From a bacterium (GTDB taxonomy: Bacteria > UBA8248): 64,000 nucleotides of DNA. How positions within the stretch are numbered: position 1 is the stretch's first letter; each line of letters starts with the position of its first letter. Location: NCBI GenBank assembly GCA_965213685.1, contig CBDBZY010000018.1, positions 96,001-160,000 of the forward strand, given 5' to 3'. Under the pieces are notes generated by a model, which was not told the origin of the DNA, made no database searches, and saw only the letters and a program-made list of their open reading frames with translations. The translations under genes were made by a program, and so were the position numbers. Shown here piece after piece: positions 12,759-27,822 of the stretch.

Positions 12759-12930
12759 TGGAGAGCACTGGTCTGGGAACCAGACTAACCATTTGAAGAC
12801 TGTTTACAAACTAGAGCAAGAAGATTAAGTTGGTGAACGAGCCTCACTCATTTTCATGATGAGTACTGCTCTACTGTGTGCAAGTGAGCTCTAAAATGAT
12901 GAGTCTGGTTCCCAGATCAGTGCTCTCCAT
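12759..12930. mobile_element. MITE-like inverted repeat element
   Basis: TGGAGAGCACTGGTCTGGGAACCAGACT / AGTCTGGTTCCCAGATCAGTGCTCTCCA; right arm also present at ~62830. Confidence 0.55.
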
Positions 12931-14566
12931 TCATGGACCAAGTTCTCCTCATAGTGCATGCATGTGCACCATGTCTGGAAACAAGTGCAAAGTCTGAGAA
13001 TGAGGCTGCAGAGGGTGATCAGAGTGGGTATTTTGTGATGGCAAGTCTTCCAGTGTTCTCCACAGAGTCACTCTCTCAATATGTGTGTACATGTATGCTT
13101 AATCAGCTAGTCAAGTATTCCAGTTGAGTCCAGTGTTTCTACACTCCGGTTCTGTTTGCCTGTCTCCCTGTCAGTCTGCCAGTCTCCCTGTCTGTCTGTC
13201 TCCGTCTCCCTGTCCATCTGTTTGTCTGTTCTGCTTTCCCTATTGGAACTCTTTCATATTTCTTTTCCTTCTGCAGCCACAGAGAGCAAGTTGTGGCTAT
13301 CCTCTCTGAGTGAGTGGTTCTGGTGAGATACATGTTCACTGCACACCTCAATCACTGATACTTGTCCACTGCAGTGGCTGTTCTCAGCTGCATTGACGGG
13401 TGGGAAGAGACAGTGAGGAAGGAATTACTGAAGCTGAGACAAGAAAGATTGCTGACATCATGACTGCTTTTAAAATAATTGTGAATGTATGCTGTTATGT
13501 ACATGTACATGTAATTAATTTTATCCTGCCACTTCCTGCGCAACATACCGCGTGTAAAGGGCTTACAGTGGCGTTTAATTAACTCAATGAGTACTGATGT
13601 ACATGTACATGTGCCATAGATATCCCATGGATGGGACTTTGAACTCGTGAGAATAGCAGATCCTTTGGTACGTTTGTTGATGCGTAGCTCCACGGACGAA
13701 GAAGGAAAGGTCGACATAAAAACGATGGCCGTTTCGAAAAAGATGAACGTGTGAAGACGTGCGTTTCCAAGACGTTAGAGACTTACATGTACGCGTACCG
13801 CATACTGCCACGGGTGAGCTGCATAAGACGATCTTCCAGCTTGCTGGACACAAAGGCAGAAGCGGCATTTCAGGAACCGAGCAGTGAGTGTGTGCTCTCC
13901 CTCTCACGCTGTTGAGAGTCTCTCTCACTGACGGACGTTAGACATTAGACAGTGTTGGTGTCAGTCATGTCTACTCACTTGCTCTGCATACGCACATTAT
14001 GCATACATATTGCTGTACATGTACATGTTACGTTGTCTCTACTACTGCTACATGTACCATCTTTCATTTTCTTGTTATACCTCATTCCTCTACCTCAAAC
14101 TTTGTCTATTCTATTCCTATTCCTATCACATATTGAGAGCCGCTAGTTATATGCACGTCTTGCGTATGCATGCACATTTCTATTTACTCTCCTTCCCTCC
14201 CTCCTCACTATCTCTGTCCTTCTCATTGACAAGGACATTTTGATATTTTAGTATTACTGCCAGTCAAAAGAATGTTCCAACATACACATATACATGTAAA
14301 TCCTATTGGAGAACAATGCTCTCTTGTCAGACTGTACTAACTGTTGTTAACTGTGATGTCATCTGTGTGTCTCTTTATAGCATGTATAGTGATGTAATGG
14401 TGTAGGCTTATTTAGAACTTTGTGTTGGCTGTGTTGTAGTAGTGCAATCAGTTATTGTCAAAGCCAGCTGAGTCAGTCGCAAGTGCTTCTCTTTGCAACA
14501 TACCCATCCCTTAATTACACCATTCACATTTCACTTGGTATATTCCTTCCCCACAACCACATGCGT

Positions 14567-14650
<84 letters not shown>

Positions 14651-14857
14651 ACACACACACAAGATACAACTCCCTGTGACACCTTACCTTTTACCTTCAC
14701 CTTCAGCTGATACAAGTTCTTCCTCTTCCTTTCCCCACTTCCCCCCTTTGTTCCTCATCCTTACCTTTCTCCCTCTCCTGCTCACCCACCAAGATAAGAT
14801 ACCATTCCAACTATGTCCCTGCCCCATGCTGTGATGAGCTAGTGAGGTGGTGCCTAC

Positions 14858-14944
14858 CTTCACTCTCTCTCCTCTGCCTTTCTTCCTCCAACTTGGACCC
14901 ACTCAGGACATTAGCTAGTGTCCACTTATCTTCCTCTTCACACT
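14858..14944 (-). CDS. Last Kelch strand/linker exon, candidate bridge to the Roc-COR exon
   Basis: ccactgcag|AG...G|gtaggc, 87 nt, phase 1-1, ECEEEDKWTLANVLSGSKLEEERQRRESE, open frame. Confidence 0.6.
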
Positions 14945-15259
14945 CTGCAGTGGAGGCAGAGATACATGAGCAGTTACCTAGGCAACTCTCTTGCCAGTAA
15001 TTAGTGCAGTACTCCTCCCTCTGCCCACAGAGAAGATCACATTACATCATCCACTCACACCTGACATCCTGTGCATAGTGCACTATGTACCCACAGGGAG
15101 GACATGCCACAGCCTTGTACATGTACATACCATCTCACCACATCTCCTACTGCTACTGCTGCCCACAGCATCACTCCACAGTGAGCAGTGTGGCCAGTCC
15201 CCCACTCCACTCACTGCCACAGTGCCCATCATCCTGCCTACCACACTCACTCCACTCAC

Positions 15260-15434
15260 CAAACTCCAGGACTGTGGTGTCAGAGAGCAGCGGCCAGTCA
15301 TTCCATGAGGCATACTTGAAGAGGTTATCGGAGACTCCAGCCACAGCCACCACCAACTTCTTTGTAGGAGTGAGGTGAATCACTCCACCACCATGCGAGC
15401 ACCGTGGAGTCAGGGATCCTGGGGGAAGGAGTAC
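15260..15434 (-). CDS. Kelch-repeat exon 4
   Basis: cctacag|GTA...G|gtgagt, phase 0-1, VLLPPGSLTPRCSHGGGVIH..VVAVAGV..TTVLEF. Confidence 0.8.
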
Positions 15435-15932
15435 CTGTAGGGAGGGGAACAGGAGAACACTCAAATGTACAGCAGTCCACACAATTGTCTGCTGCTCCAC
15501 TGCTTACTGTTGGCTGCCAGTGGAAGTGTGTTGTGTATTATCTCAAAGGCTGCACATCACCTCCTACACACCCACTGCATTCACTGCTGTCCAGTAATGG
15601 AGCAGCCCATTCCTCACTACTCTCTCCCTCTCCATACCACACAACTCTACACCACATGACTTCTCTACATGTACTGCACACACTGCCATATGCTCTCCAC
15701 ATGCCAACCTCTATCCACTCACATGCCACACCTACTCACCTGGGTTGGCTGCACAGGACAATACCACACACACCACAACACACCATCACTACTGGTATAG
15801 GGACAGGCTTACAAGGGGAAGTGTTCAGCTGAGCACTAGCCACACATGCAGTGTGAAGGTCATTGCCACACAACAGCACCACTAAGGGGACATCAACACA
15901 CTCACTGCCTCATGAGCTCACAGCTCACTCAC

Positions 15933-16130
15933 CTCTTCCCACTGGATAGCATTGATATTGAAGAGCCACACATCTCCCAGTGGCTTGTTTCGTCTGCTCA
16001 TACCTCCCACCATCACCATACATGGGTTTGGTGGGTCTCTGTCTGGATCCCACAGACTGTAGGCTGTGTGGTAAGCCCTCTCCTCAGGCCATGGCTGGCC
16101 TGTCTGAGGTAGCACTGGTCCAGTCCAGTG
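15933..16130 (-). CDS. Kelch-repeat exon 3
   Basis: ctccag|CAC...GAG|gtgagt, 198 nt, WPEERAYHTA..MVMVGGM..LGDVWLFNINAIQWEE. Confidence 0.85.
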
Positions 16131-16880
16131 CTGGAGAGGGAGAACAATTCGAAAACACTTTGAGAACATGTAATCCACTCACATATGCACATGCTCCAGC
16201 TCAGTAAGGCACCCTCCCCTCTCAACACTGCCTGTATGGACTCACACTACTAGCTAGCCACACATGCCAGCCCATGTACATGGAACATGTACCTGCAAAC
16301 CTCTTCTTCCATGCACACTAACTGTCATGTACACTGTACATACATGTACACTGTATGTAGTCTACGTATAGATTCTGTCTCATCATGATAAGTGCAACAT
16401 CTTGTCCACTACTCTAGCAGTTACTATGCATGTACACGCCACTATTGGGTCCCACCAGAGACAATATATTACTGTATATATGTATTCCCATATTCACGTG
16501 TGTATGCTCATATTCATGTACATGTGTGTGCATGTGGTGGTGTCTTGTGCAGGGGACAGTGTCTCCTGTAGCACTGCTCTACATGTATGTACTGCCAGAC
16601 CTGCCACTCCTCATTCCAACTCACAGGCCATGCTCCCCTCTCTACACTGGCTCATGGCTGATGACTGAACACACACTCTCTTCCCTGCACTGACTCGTAC
16701 CAGGTATCTAGGCCCACACTAGCCTCTCGGCACATTATAGCAATCACAAATGTACGCACATGGAGAATGCACTAATTATGTGTTTTATTGTTCAAGCAGC
16801 TGAACTACATAAGCAGTAGGCCACAGGTGGTCTCAGACAGTACATTATTAATTGGGTACAACTGTATCTCAGCCACTCAC

Positions 16881-17041
16881 CCATGCCACAATGTCCAGGA
16901 TGAACACTGCATTTGTCCTCCTCCTCCTCTCCGCATTCCACCCACCAAACCACACGACTCTCCTCCTGTCCACTCTAGTGAGGGTCATACCAGCAGATGG
17001 AGGAGGAGTCCTACCAGTGTTGGGTGGAGTGGACCACTGAC
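16881..17041 (-). CDS. Kelch-repeat exon 2
   Basis: ctccag|GT...TGG|gtgagt, 161 nt, QWSTPPNTGRTPPPSAGMTLTRVDRRRVVWFGGWN..NAVFILD. Confidence 0.85.
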
Positions 17042-19120
17042 CTGGAGGGGGAGGGAGGGAGTGGTCTGGGACTAGCCACACCCACTGGCCTGGGGACACT
17101 CCTCACATGATCCACCAACACCCACCAGGTAAGGCACAAGGCACTCTGCTCCTCACAACCATCTACACCTCTACATACTGACATGTACTAGTCAACATGT
17201 GAGGAGCTCTGCAATGCTCTCACTGTACTTGCTCTATTTGATTCTTTTACCATAAAATCGAACTCTGTAGCTGTTGGGGTAGGCGAATGGGAAATATGTA
17301 AACAATTAACTTCTTATTCACAGACTGTAGTGGTATTGTGGGCATGGGAGTGAATACAGTTCATAGTTGACGCAGAAGAGGTGCCTGGCCGTGCAATGCT
17401 CTGACTGTACTTCATTTGAATATTTTACTATGAAATATTTTGTTGGGGTCAATGGGAACTGTCTCAAATAAGTAAACATTGAAACTTCCTGTTTACGATA
17501 GAGAGTGGTGTAGTGGTATTGTGGGCATGGGAATGAATACAATTCATAGTTGACACAGAAGAGGTGCCTGGCTGACTGTCCAAACATGAACATGCCAGGC
17601 TGATTGCCTGACATGATACAGGTACATACATGTACATAGCAGAGGGTGAGGGATGTGACTTGTGTAGAGCAGCATACATAGTCACATCATTTGCATGCCC
17701 ACCTCATGTGGTGAGAGGTAGCATGTCTGTGCATATATGTATGCTAGAATAACTGACATGGTTACCATGTACACAGGAGGAGAGAGTGCTTCCTTATTAG
17801 GAAGCATACTATTGCCATGCCTGGCCAAGCTGTGTGGGTGTTTTCCAACTGTCTATGATGGGGCACAGAGACCACCTCCACCCTAACTAACAGCTCCTCC
17901 TCAAGCAGCCACTGCTAGAGAGGCAGCACTGCAGCACAGAAGAGACAGCCTAGCACCAAACATTACTAACTAGAGGAGTGATGCAGCCGAGGAGGGCCTT
18001 GGAAACAAGAGAGACATGTCTACAGCAGATGAGCTCATATCAGCTCCCACGACTGCTCCTGAGACTGCACTGGAGGGAGAAGCTCGGCTGCAGTAGAGAC
18101 ACATTATATATAATTGCTTAAAAATAGATTGGCCTCTGAGACAATAGACAGGAGAGAGGTCCAGCTATGTAGTCCAGTTAGAGTTGATAACAACTCCTCA
18201 GCATGACTGATTCCTCAGTGATATATAGTACTAGACAGAGGGAGCTGCAAAAAGTCACAGCTACAAGAAGCTCAGGTGCAGTAGAGAAACAGGTTGCTTT
18301 GAGGCTGTTACTTAATGGCCTTTGAGACAGTAGAGACAGTAGAGAATGGAGAGGTCCAGCTGTGCAGTCCAGTTAGAGGTAAGAGCAACTCCTCAGCATG
18401 AGATATATCTCACTGACATTACCAGACAGAGGGAGTTGCAGAAAGCCCTAACTACAGTGCATGTGTACATGTACATAAGAGGTAACTTTGAGACAGTAGG
18501 GGTAACTCAAAGTTTGCCATTCATATGGAGGGCACACTCCCACTAGGGGGTCTGGGAGAATGCCAATGGGTGAATTATTGAAGTACAGAGACTCTCAGAT
18601 GGATTCTGAGGCATTCTGCAAGTAGCCATAGCCATTCCCATAATTTTGTTGGGGAGGGGGAGGGATGAAGTTGCTTTCTTGTGGGAGGGGGTGATATTCT
18701 AGGCCTTTTCCTCCCCCTGCATGAACCCCTGCTGATTTTGCAACACAACTGTACCCCATACACATGGCCACATGTACAATCATGCATACCTTACTGCACC
18801 TAATGATATCCTAAAATTTGAGGTACATAGGAGAGGGCAAAGAAAAGATATAACTGATCTCCAGCACATGACCACACATACATATTACATGATGCATTAC
18901 CGGTAATTGGTTTCTAATCCTCAAGTACACATACTTTGAGTAAGGATGTCATGCTCTGGCAGCAATCAGTTGTCTCTATCTGCACTGAGTTTGTGGTCTG
19001 TGTCTGGTGTTATTACATGAGGCCATGTGTAGAGGTCAGCTCATACATGCAGTGGACCAGTTGTAACCTCATGCACAGCATGTGAGGTAGAGTAAAGGTA
19101 CTGACAGTCCATGCACACAC

Positions 19121-19655
19121 CTGACTCAGAGTTGTAGTACAGGAGCTGATTGGTGTATCCTCGACCTTCACTGTTCCCTGACTCAGGAATGAAGCCTGTC
19201 ATTGGCTGGTGGGTAGGACGTTCTGCGTACCCTCCAGCAGTGAGTATATCTCCATTAGTCAGTGACACGAGGCCCGAGTTCTTAGTACGTAGCATTTGGC
19301 CAGTGCTGGCAATTCTCCTCCATACAAAGTTTTGGGAGTTGAAAACAGAGAGCTCATTGCAGTAGCCTGGTACACCACAGTGGCCGCCCATGAAGTACAG
19401 GTTTGTGTGGTATGAGGTGACTGCAGCACCTTGGAACCATGGTGGCAGCTCACCAGATGTTGGATATTTCTTCCATGATAAGGTCACACCATCAAACATC
19501 TCCACTTCTCGTGGTAGCGTGAGCATGCTTTTGTGCTGGAATGACCTAAGCACGCCCCTAAACATCCAGAGTTGTGAGCCAATTGAAAAGGTTGGAGCAT
19601 CATAACGTTCCTCAGGATCATATGAGCCAGTTGGCTGTGTAGGAGGCTCAGCCAT
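19121..19655 (-). CDS. Kelch-repeat exon 1 (ATG at 19655; acceptor at 19664 implies an upstream exon)
   Basis: MAEPP..TSGELPPWFQGAAV..LYFMGG..NELSVFNSQNFVW..ILTAGGY..TNQLLYYNSES G|gtgtgt; Kelch GG and W motifs; GCCATGG start context. Confidence 0.85.
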
Positions 19656-20299
19656 GGCTGGATCTGGGGAGAGGGAGGAGGGGGAGATAGTCACTGAGTG
19701 AAGTTCCACATACACACGGCAATTATGTATACAGTGTCTGCATGTGAGCATATGCATGTCTTGTCCGATTTTAAACACAGTGAAGCTTGTAAGCTATATA
19801 CACTTGCACATGTGCAGTGGGCCTACCTCAACACACTTGTGTATCAGTTTATGGGAGAGTGTTTCTAGCTGTGTAAGCCAAGCTAGGCAAATGCAGTCTA
19901 GTGTTGTGTGCAGGCTCTTTAGTCTTATTCCGCATGTAGGTGGCAGGTGGTTGCTAAGCTGAGTGGGGAAATCCCATCATGTAGCCCTTCTGTCTAACTC
20001 CACCCTTAAAGTGGTCTCTAGAGTGGGGTAAATCCATAATGTTGCACCAGCTCTTTTGTTTTGCTCTGCTTTCAATTCTCTGCTAATATGCTTGCATGAG
20101 GAAATCCTTCATGCTATGGATTTTGTGGCAGCATACAAGGACATTCTGGGACCTTCTAAGTTCTAGCATTACTGGAAGTGTGACTGTGGACATTAGCATG
20201 TTGGGGTAGGAGTATGCAGCAAGGAATGGTACAGTAGTAGGTTCAAGTGGTAGAAAACTGTGATGAGAAACCAAGTCAAGTGGTAAAGGCACGCTCAGG

Positions 20300-20900
20300 G
20301 TATTATACCTACTCTTAGGTGAGGGGCTTGCTCAGATACACGACGGAGCTGAAGACAAATATATCTCGAGCGTTCAGGGCTCAAGAATCCGAGCGCTGTA
20401 CGCTCAGCAGAGCAAAGGCTAGGGCCGCGCTTGCATATGTCAGGAAGCAAGTGACGTTCGGACGTGCGATGGGGAAAGGGCGCTCGGACGTATGACGAGA
20501 TAAGGGCTGAAAGAGCTAGGCTTCAGACAACTCTAGTCCTACCATGCAATCACAAGAGTAAGAAATCTCGCCACTTGTTCCCACAGTGGTACATGGGATT
20601 CCGGTACATGTACGTTGTGGCTCTGCGCTCGCTGCCGGCAGCGCATATGGTGCTAAGGTAGGCGGGAGGTGTATACTCGAAACTTTTATAGCTTTGACTG
20701 TAAGCTTACTGTGGCTCACACGTTTCTGTGTTCTCCTAGCCAGTTGAATGCGCTCTTTGTTTTCCCTTGCGCAGGGCGAGGTTCACTCTGATCTGTCCCA
20801 CCCTTTGCTCAATAGTATCCTAGAAGTATGCGGATATGGACGACAGTGAGTGTTGTGCAAAACCGGAAGTTTTATGGGAAATATGAATATTGCTGTACAT
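20300..20900. promoter_or_regulatory. CpG-rich putative promoter / first-exon region of the Kelch-Roco gene, possibly bidirectional
   Basis: Local CpG enrichment just upstream of Kelch exon 1; possible minus-strand donor AG|gtataa at ~20308; Ets-like CCGGAAGT at ~20863, conserved at ~35160. Confidence 0.3.
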
Positions 20901-23900
20901 AGGAAGTCTGTTATCCAAACTCATACACTCCAGAAACCCACGTCCACCATTGCGATCCGCCACATGGCCTGCGCGCGAAAGCATGAAAGCATAATTTGGT
21001 TACTAGTATACGCTGTCAGTTCAATGGCTAGTGCTGCATCCACAGGTTGTAAAGTACACGTCATGCCAACAACTGATCGTCTGCGCTAAACTATAAAGTA
21101 ACAATTTTCCTGTGACTTCAGCTACACAAACATTATACATTTTTTTCAAATACCCTCCGGTTCCATGTGTTCAGATAAGTGACTTCCTACAGTAGCTTTT
21201 CACGTGTGACGGCGCGTCTTCGACAAACAAGCCACGCGGAGCCACGCCTTCCGTGGCTCCGCGAGTCTGCGAAGCAGAGGGTCACGCTGCGACTTATAAT
21301 TAATATCAGACTCAAAGTCATTGAAGGACTAGTATTGGAGGGCCTAACATAGTTCTTGGGATGGGATGACACAGCCCACACTTAGCCATCATTAAGAAAA
21401 TGTAATAGTCCTTGGATACTAAGGCTTATATATGCATATACGTACATGAAACTTATGGGTCTGATATGTTTTAGTTCGCCGGGTAGTTTTGTTGTTTCCT
21501 AATGTATTACGTTCTTGACTTTTTGTTTTGTAATAATGTACGTCTTTATGTTTTGTACTGTATATTTCATCTTTATGGTCTAGTGAAGTATGAGTGTAAG
21601 TGAGAAAAGTGTATGTCCTGTGGAGGGTGGCATGCGTTTTGCAGGGGCTGGGAGTATGTGTTCTATCTGTGAGAGTGGGTATTTACTGGAGAATCATGGG
21701 ATGTGCTTGTATATAAAGCAGAGTATAATTTACTACACAGGTGTTCTTAGAGGAGTGTGTGTGTGTGTGTGTGTGGGAAGGGGGGGGGGGGAGTAAAACA
21801 CACACAATAATTGTTATGTATGTACCTATTGATTAAGAGTTTATGTACCATACTGAAATGTATTCCATATCAGCAGTAGAAAATCCATAAAATCATTGAC
21901 AACCACCACAATAACCTATAAGCATGCATTTGACATGTCACTTGCCTTTTCAACACTGTTTTTTGTATTTTGCACATACATTAATTTTATGCATACGATT
22001 ACAGGTATGTATTTTCATTATATTATTATTTTGGGCTAGAACTGGGCTGGAGAATGTTAGCTAGGGAAGGGAGAGAGGGTGATAACAGTCCCCTTCCCCT
22101 TTTCCCCATCTGTACTTGAAGCCCTGGTTGAGGTCATGTGCAGTGGGCAATCAGAATAGCTACAACCAGTTACGTGATTGCCAACTGCAGGTTGTCTGCA
22201 TGAGCATGAGGTGCAGGAAGCTGTGGCAGTGCATTCCTTTTTTCACCTCTTACTGGTGTACAGCAAAGATACACAGTACACATACTTCATCTCACAGAAT
22301 ATTCTGTGGGGGATTGAGTACAAACTTCCCCTCTCACAGGACCCCCCCCCCCCCCCCCCATTTCTCAAAGACTGGGTCCTGAAACCAAGTGCACTATTAC
22401 AAAACACCCATCATCCCCCAAACTGTAATTATATTGACAGGATTATGTTGGTTTGTACAGGCAGATTTTAAGAATAATATATTATTTTTAAATGCTCACG
22501 AAACTCCCACCCGGAAGCATAGCATAGTACATAGCGTGAAGACACGGCGCGCCGCCCTGGCTGACCCTGGCCCCGCTTCGGTATCTATAAGCCATGTAGA
22601 TCTACATGTATGTACATGTACGTGTAGATGCTGGCTCGTGATCGTCTAGGGACACGGTTGGTCGAAGATCGGAGTGGCCGTGAAGGATCCTATACACAGT
22701 TGGCCTAAGAGTGAGGATCTCAGCTGAACGGATAAAGGCTACAAGACTGTCGACAGACTGAGTGAGTTTTTCCGTGTTTAAGGGCTACTTTTTGCCAGTT
22801 ACTACGTGAAACTGGGCCTACTCCCGTGGGACGCGGCGCAGCCTGTTGATATTTAGTCAGGTGTCCGCCAACACGAGCACTAGAAAGGGGCAGGCCTGCT
22901 GAGCTGTGATTGTGTGAGGTGTATGTACTTAGGTGCGTCGTGTTGTTCCGAGCGTCCATTGACCCTCACATTTGACACTACTGAATAGTTCATGTGAGGT
23001 GAATAGTTCATGTGCAGTGTATGTGCACTGTTCATGTGCAGCACAGTGCTCTGGTACTGCATCTTAGCCACTGTACAGCTGCACATCATTTCTTGAATTG
23101 TCTTTTTCTAGAAGGTGAGCTGTTGCATGTGCCTAGCTTTTGTGTTTGTGTTTGTGTGTCTTGTGTATCACACCTACTTAATCATGATATTGCATATGTA
23201 GGTACATGGCATTGATGGCTAGTGCATAGGCATAGAATAGGCATAGGCATAGAATAGACATAGGCATAGAATTTTTCCGTTAACCCCTTTACTTCTTGTC
23301 ACACCTACAGTAGTAGGTGTATATAGGGATTGGCCAGGGTCCTCACCATTAAACCTGTACATTTGAAATTTGCTATTTTTACTTTCACTATGGAAGCAAT
23401 TTAGTGGTATGCAACTTAAGAGCATGTCAAATGTTAAGTGTACTTCAAAAATTGTGATATGAGGCGTGTTATATATGCAAAAATGCATTTCACAAATTGT
23501 CCATGTTCTTCTTCTTCTCCTTCCGGTTGAAGAAACGAAACTCAAAAACCGTAGTACCATTAATCATGATATTGCACATGTAGGTACATGGCATTGATGG
23601 CTAGTGCATAGGCATAGAATTTTTTCATTAACCCCTTTACTTCTTGTGATACTGATGATTATCTCTCTCCTCCTGTGCATTATAATGCTAGAATAAAAGG
23701 TATTGTAACTTAAAAAGTATGAATCCATTAACAATGAACTTGTGACATTAGAAAGAAATCATAGCAGTACACATTAGGGACATGCATTTTCTTCGTTAAC
23801 CCTTTCACTTCTTGTGATACTAACAAATATCTGTTTTTTCCAGTGTTTCTGTACATTATGATGCTGAAATTGAATGCCCTGTAATTGACATGATGCAGCT

Positions 23901-24568
23901 AAAGAATCTACATGAAAATGTTACTATTGAAAGAGTTTATGATTATGCCTGGAATGAGGCTCTAATGAGTTTGTTAATCCTTTCACTGCTTGAATTGTAA
24001 CAATTATCGTTTGTTAATTCATTATAATTGGGAATAGTTACGCGCGCTTTGATTAAATGAGCGCGTAATTGACTTATCGTGGGCTTATGTCCTTGGATAC
24101 GGTTTTGAAATGTAGTGTTGCCGTCATATGGGTATGTCGCGTAGTCACAGCCAAGGTAACGTTCGTGCGCGCGCCGCAAAGTCACGTGATTAGGCGCTGC
24201 GCCGTCCACAACCTTCGGCCGGCTAGCTACAGTAGCTCATACGTGTGGCTGCCCTGTTCTAGTTCTAAGCAGGGTTATCACGGGCGCAGCGAGTGTAGCA
24301 ACGTTCCCTAGGCATCTAATGGTGGGGTATGGCCTACCGGCCGGCGAGGCGTCCACCGTTGTAGCGCGTTCCCAAGCTGTTAGGGGGTGGGGCACGGCCG
24401 GTGACCATATGTCACATATCGGCGTGTACTCAAGTCGGGCGCCTGGCTCACTGGCTCTAGAGACTAGCTAGCTTCGCTGGTTCCACGGACACTTGCCCTT
24501 GAAGCGCGAGTGTACGTGATTTGGGGCGTGTTTTGGCTAGACGAATGTGGTAGGAAATGCCGCGGGCC

Positions 24569-24930
24569 TACGGCACGCGGTTTGTAACAAAAACTCTACG
24601 CTTACAAGACACTCTGTAAGCTTACAAGACGTCTTGTAAAATTACAAGCTGTCATGTAAGAATTACAAGACGTCCTCTAAAATTAAAAGACAATATTTAC
24701 AAGACGCTATGTAAGCTTACGGGGCGTCTTGTAACAGTACTTACAAGACGTCTTGTAATTTTACAGGACATCTTGTAAGCTTACATAGCGTCTTGTAAAT
24801 ATTGTTACAAGACGTCTTGTAGTTTTAGAGGACGTCTTGTAATTCTTACACTTGTAATTTTACAAGACGTCTTGTAAGCTTTTAGAGCGTCTTGTAAGCG
24901 TAGGGTTTTTGTTACAAACGGCGTGCCATA
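24569..24930. mobile_element. IS3EU-type foldback MITE with internal palindrome array
   Basis: TACGGCACGCGGTTTGTAACAAAAAC / GTTTTTGTTACAAACGGCGTGCCATA, 6-bp TSD CGGGCC, interior of repeated TTACAAGACGTCTTGTAA variants. Confidence 0.8.
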
Positions 24931-25206
24931 CGGGCCGACTGATAGGCTGACCTTTTATCCCGTCCTGGGCATAGCCTCGCTTACAAACACTAATAGACAG
25001 AGACGGCAATAGTCGCGGTTGATTCGATTTTTAAACGTCGGGTACACCATAGATACTATACTATAGTATCTATGGGTAGACATAGAGGTCAGTAGACTAT
25101 GCCACACTGAACTAGCCATAAACTGAGAATCAACTCAGTTTCATTTTGTCACAGTCAGGATATATACACATGCATGTATATACATGGAGAATAGGAATTG
25201 GGAAGT

Positions 25207-26080
25207 AGTGGTGAACTGTAAACATGTTTAATTCTTCCGAGTAGACCATCATTGTTCCTTATTTCTCACCAAAATGGTGTAATTTGTGTATAAACCTCTG
25301 CTGAAAGCAGACAAAAAAAGGACAGGAGACAAGTACATTAAAAAATTGTAAATTGTGGAGGAGCATATAGGGATTGCATAAAAAGGCATGGAGACAAGAC
25401 CTGAATGTAGAGTGAATACTAAAATGTGCTGAGTTTCATGGGGACAACAATGACATGACAAGTATGACATGACAAGTATGCCATGTCTGATTATGCAATA
25501 AAAGCCCTATATTGTTGAGCAGAGCTGTATGGGGGCATCACATACAGATAGTCTGTATGTGTAAAGCAACAGCAGAGACACATGACCAGCCAGAGTTTCA
25601 TCTACTGGGGGGGAAGTTTCCCCCCTAACTCTCCAATTTCCCCCCCAAATTCTTCAAACACCCCCTCATAATATCCTAATTTAGAATAGAAACCACACCT
25701 ACTTTTTGTTTGGTCATTATGACTGAACTTCCCCCCTGATAAAGTTTTCTGGATGAAACCCTAACTATAGCACTCACACCCTGAAAGAACCCATTAAACT
25801 TTATGACAAACAAGTCAATGCATGTATTAATAGAGTGCTAGTAGATGCAATACCTACATAATATTATTCTTTCTGTATTAATAGCTTAAATTCCCTTGTA
25901 GGTGGCAGCTCAACAATATAGGGCTTTTATTGCATGATCAGACATGGCGTACTTGTCATTTCATTGTTGTCCTCATGAAACTCAGCACATTCTAGTATTC
26001 ACTCTACATTCAGGTCTTGTCTCCATGCCTTTTTATGCAATCCCTATATGCTCCTCCACAATTTACATTTTTTTAAATTT
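25207..26080. repeat. Dispersed copy of window positions 1-560 with a local inverted duplication
   Basis: 25207-25910 matches 1-560; 25910-26080 is the reverse complement of ~25335-25520. Confidence 0.7.
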
Positions 26081-26487
26081 ACTTGTGGATGATATAGATG
26101 GTCCACATGAGTGGTGAGAGTTGGTGCACCATCAAAGATCTTTAAGCCCCATTCCCAACTCTCAAGGTTGGGCATGTGGACCATCTGCCTTCTATTCTGA
26201 GTTCTGTTCTTATATATGTATTTATACCCCGTTGCCATGTTGTTCCTAAGTGCAATAAATGTGATATTGCACCCTTTACTTATATTTTTCCTCCCCTGGG
26301 CATGCATCTTGTAGGTTTTATGTTATATTGTATTTTCAATGTAAGTGATTACAACACTATGTAATGTAGTACATGCATGCATGTCATTTATGTACAGGAC
26401 TACAGACATTCGTTGAGAGGTAATCGTCGGTTGTTAAGCAATAGCGCCAGATATGTCACGTTACTATCGAGTTAATTAACGGGATAT

Positions 26488-27609
<1,122 letters not shown>

Positions 27610-27639
27610 GTGTAGGCTTGTTGCTTTCTTCTAAAATAT

Positions 27640-27822
27640 CCTTTTCTAAGCCGTTGAGGTTGTTAGAGATAAATATCTTTCTAAGCCAATGAAGCTGCTG
27701 TACATATCTATTTCTCTAAACCATTGAGGTTGTTCTAAGCCGTTGAGGTTGCTAATATTTCTAAGCCATTGAGACTGCTTTCCAGTTATTAAACTATATA
27801 TTTCTAAGCCGCTGAGGTTGTT
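27640..27822. repeat. Minisatellite TTCTAAGCC(G/A)TTGAGGTTG
   Basis: About six imperfect units; inverted homologous array at ~38570-38700. Confidence 0.6.

Noticed and set aside
17210-17580. Short local duplications here and at 23140-23660
   Set aside because: Ordinary intronic or intergenic tandem duplications with no further structure.
24590-24900. Palindromic repeat array resembling a CRISPR array
   Set aside because: No unique spacers, no cas genes, eukaryotic context; bounded by TIRs and a TSD.
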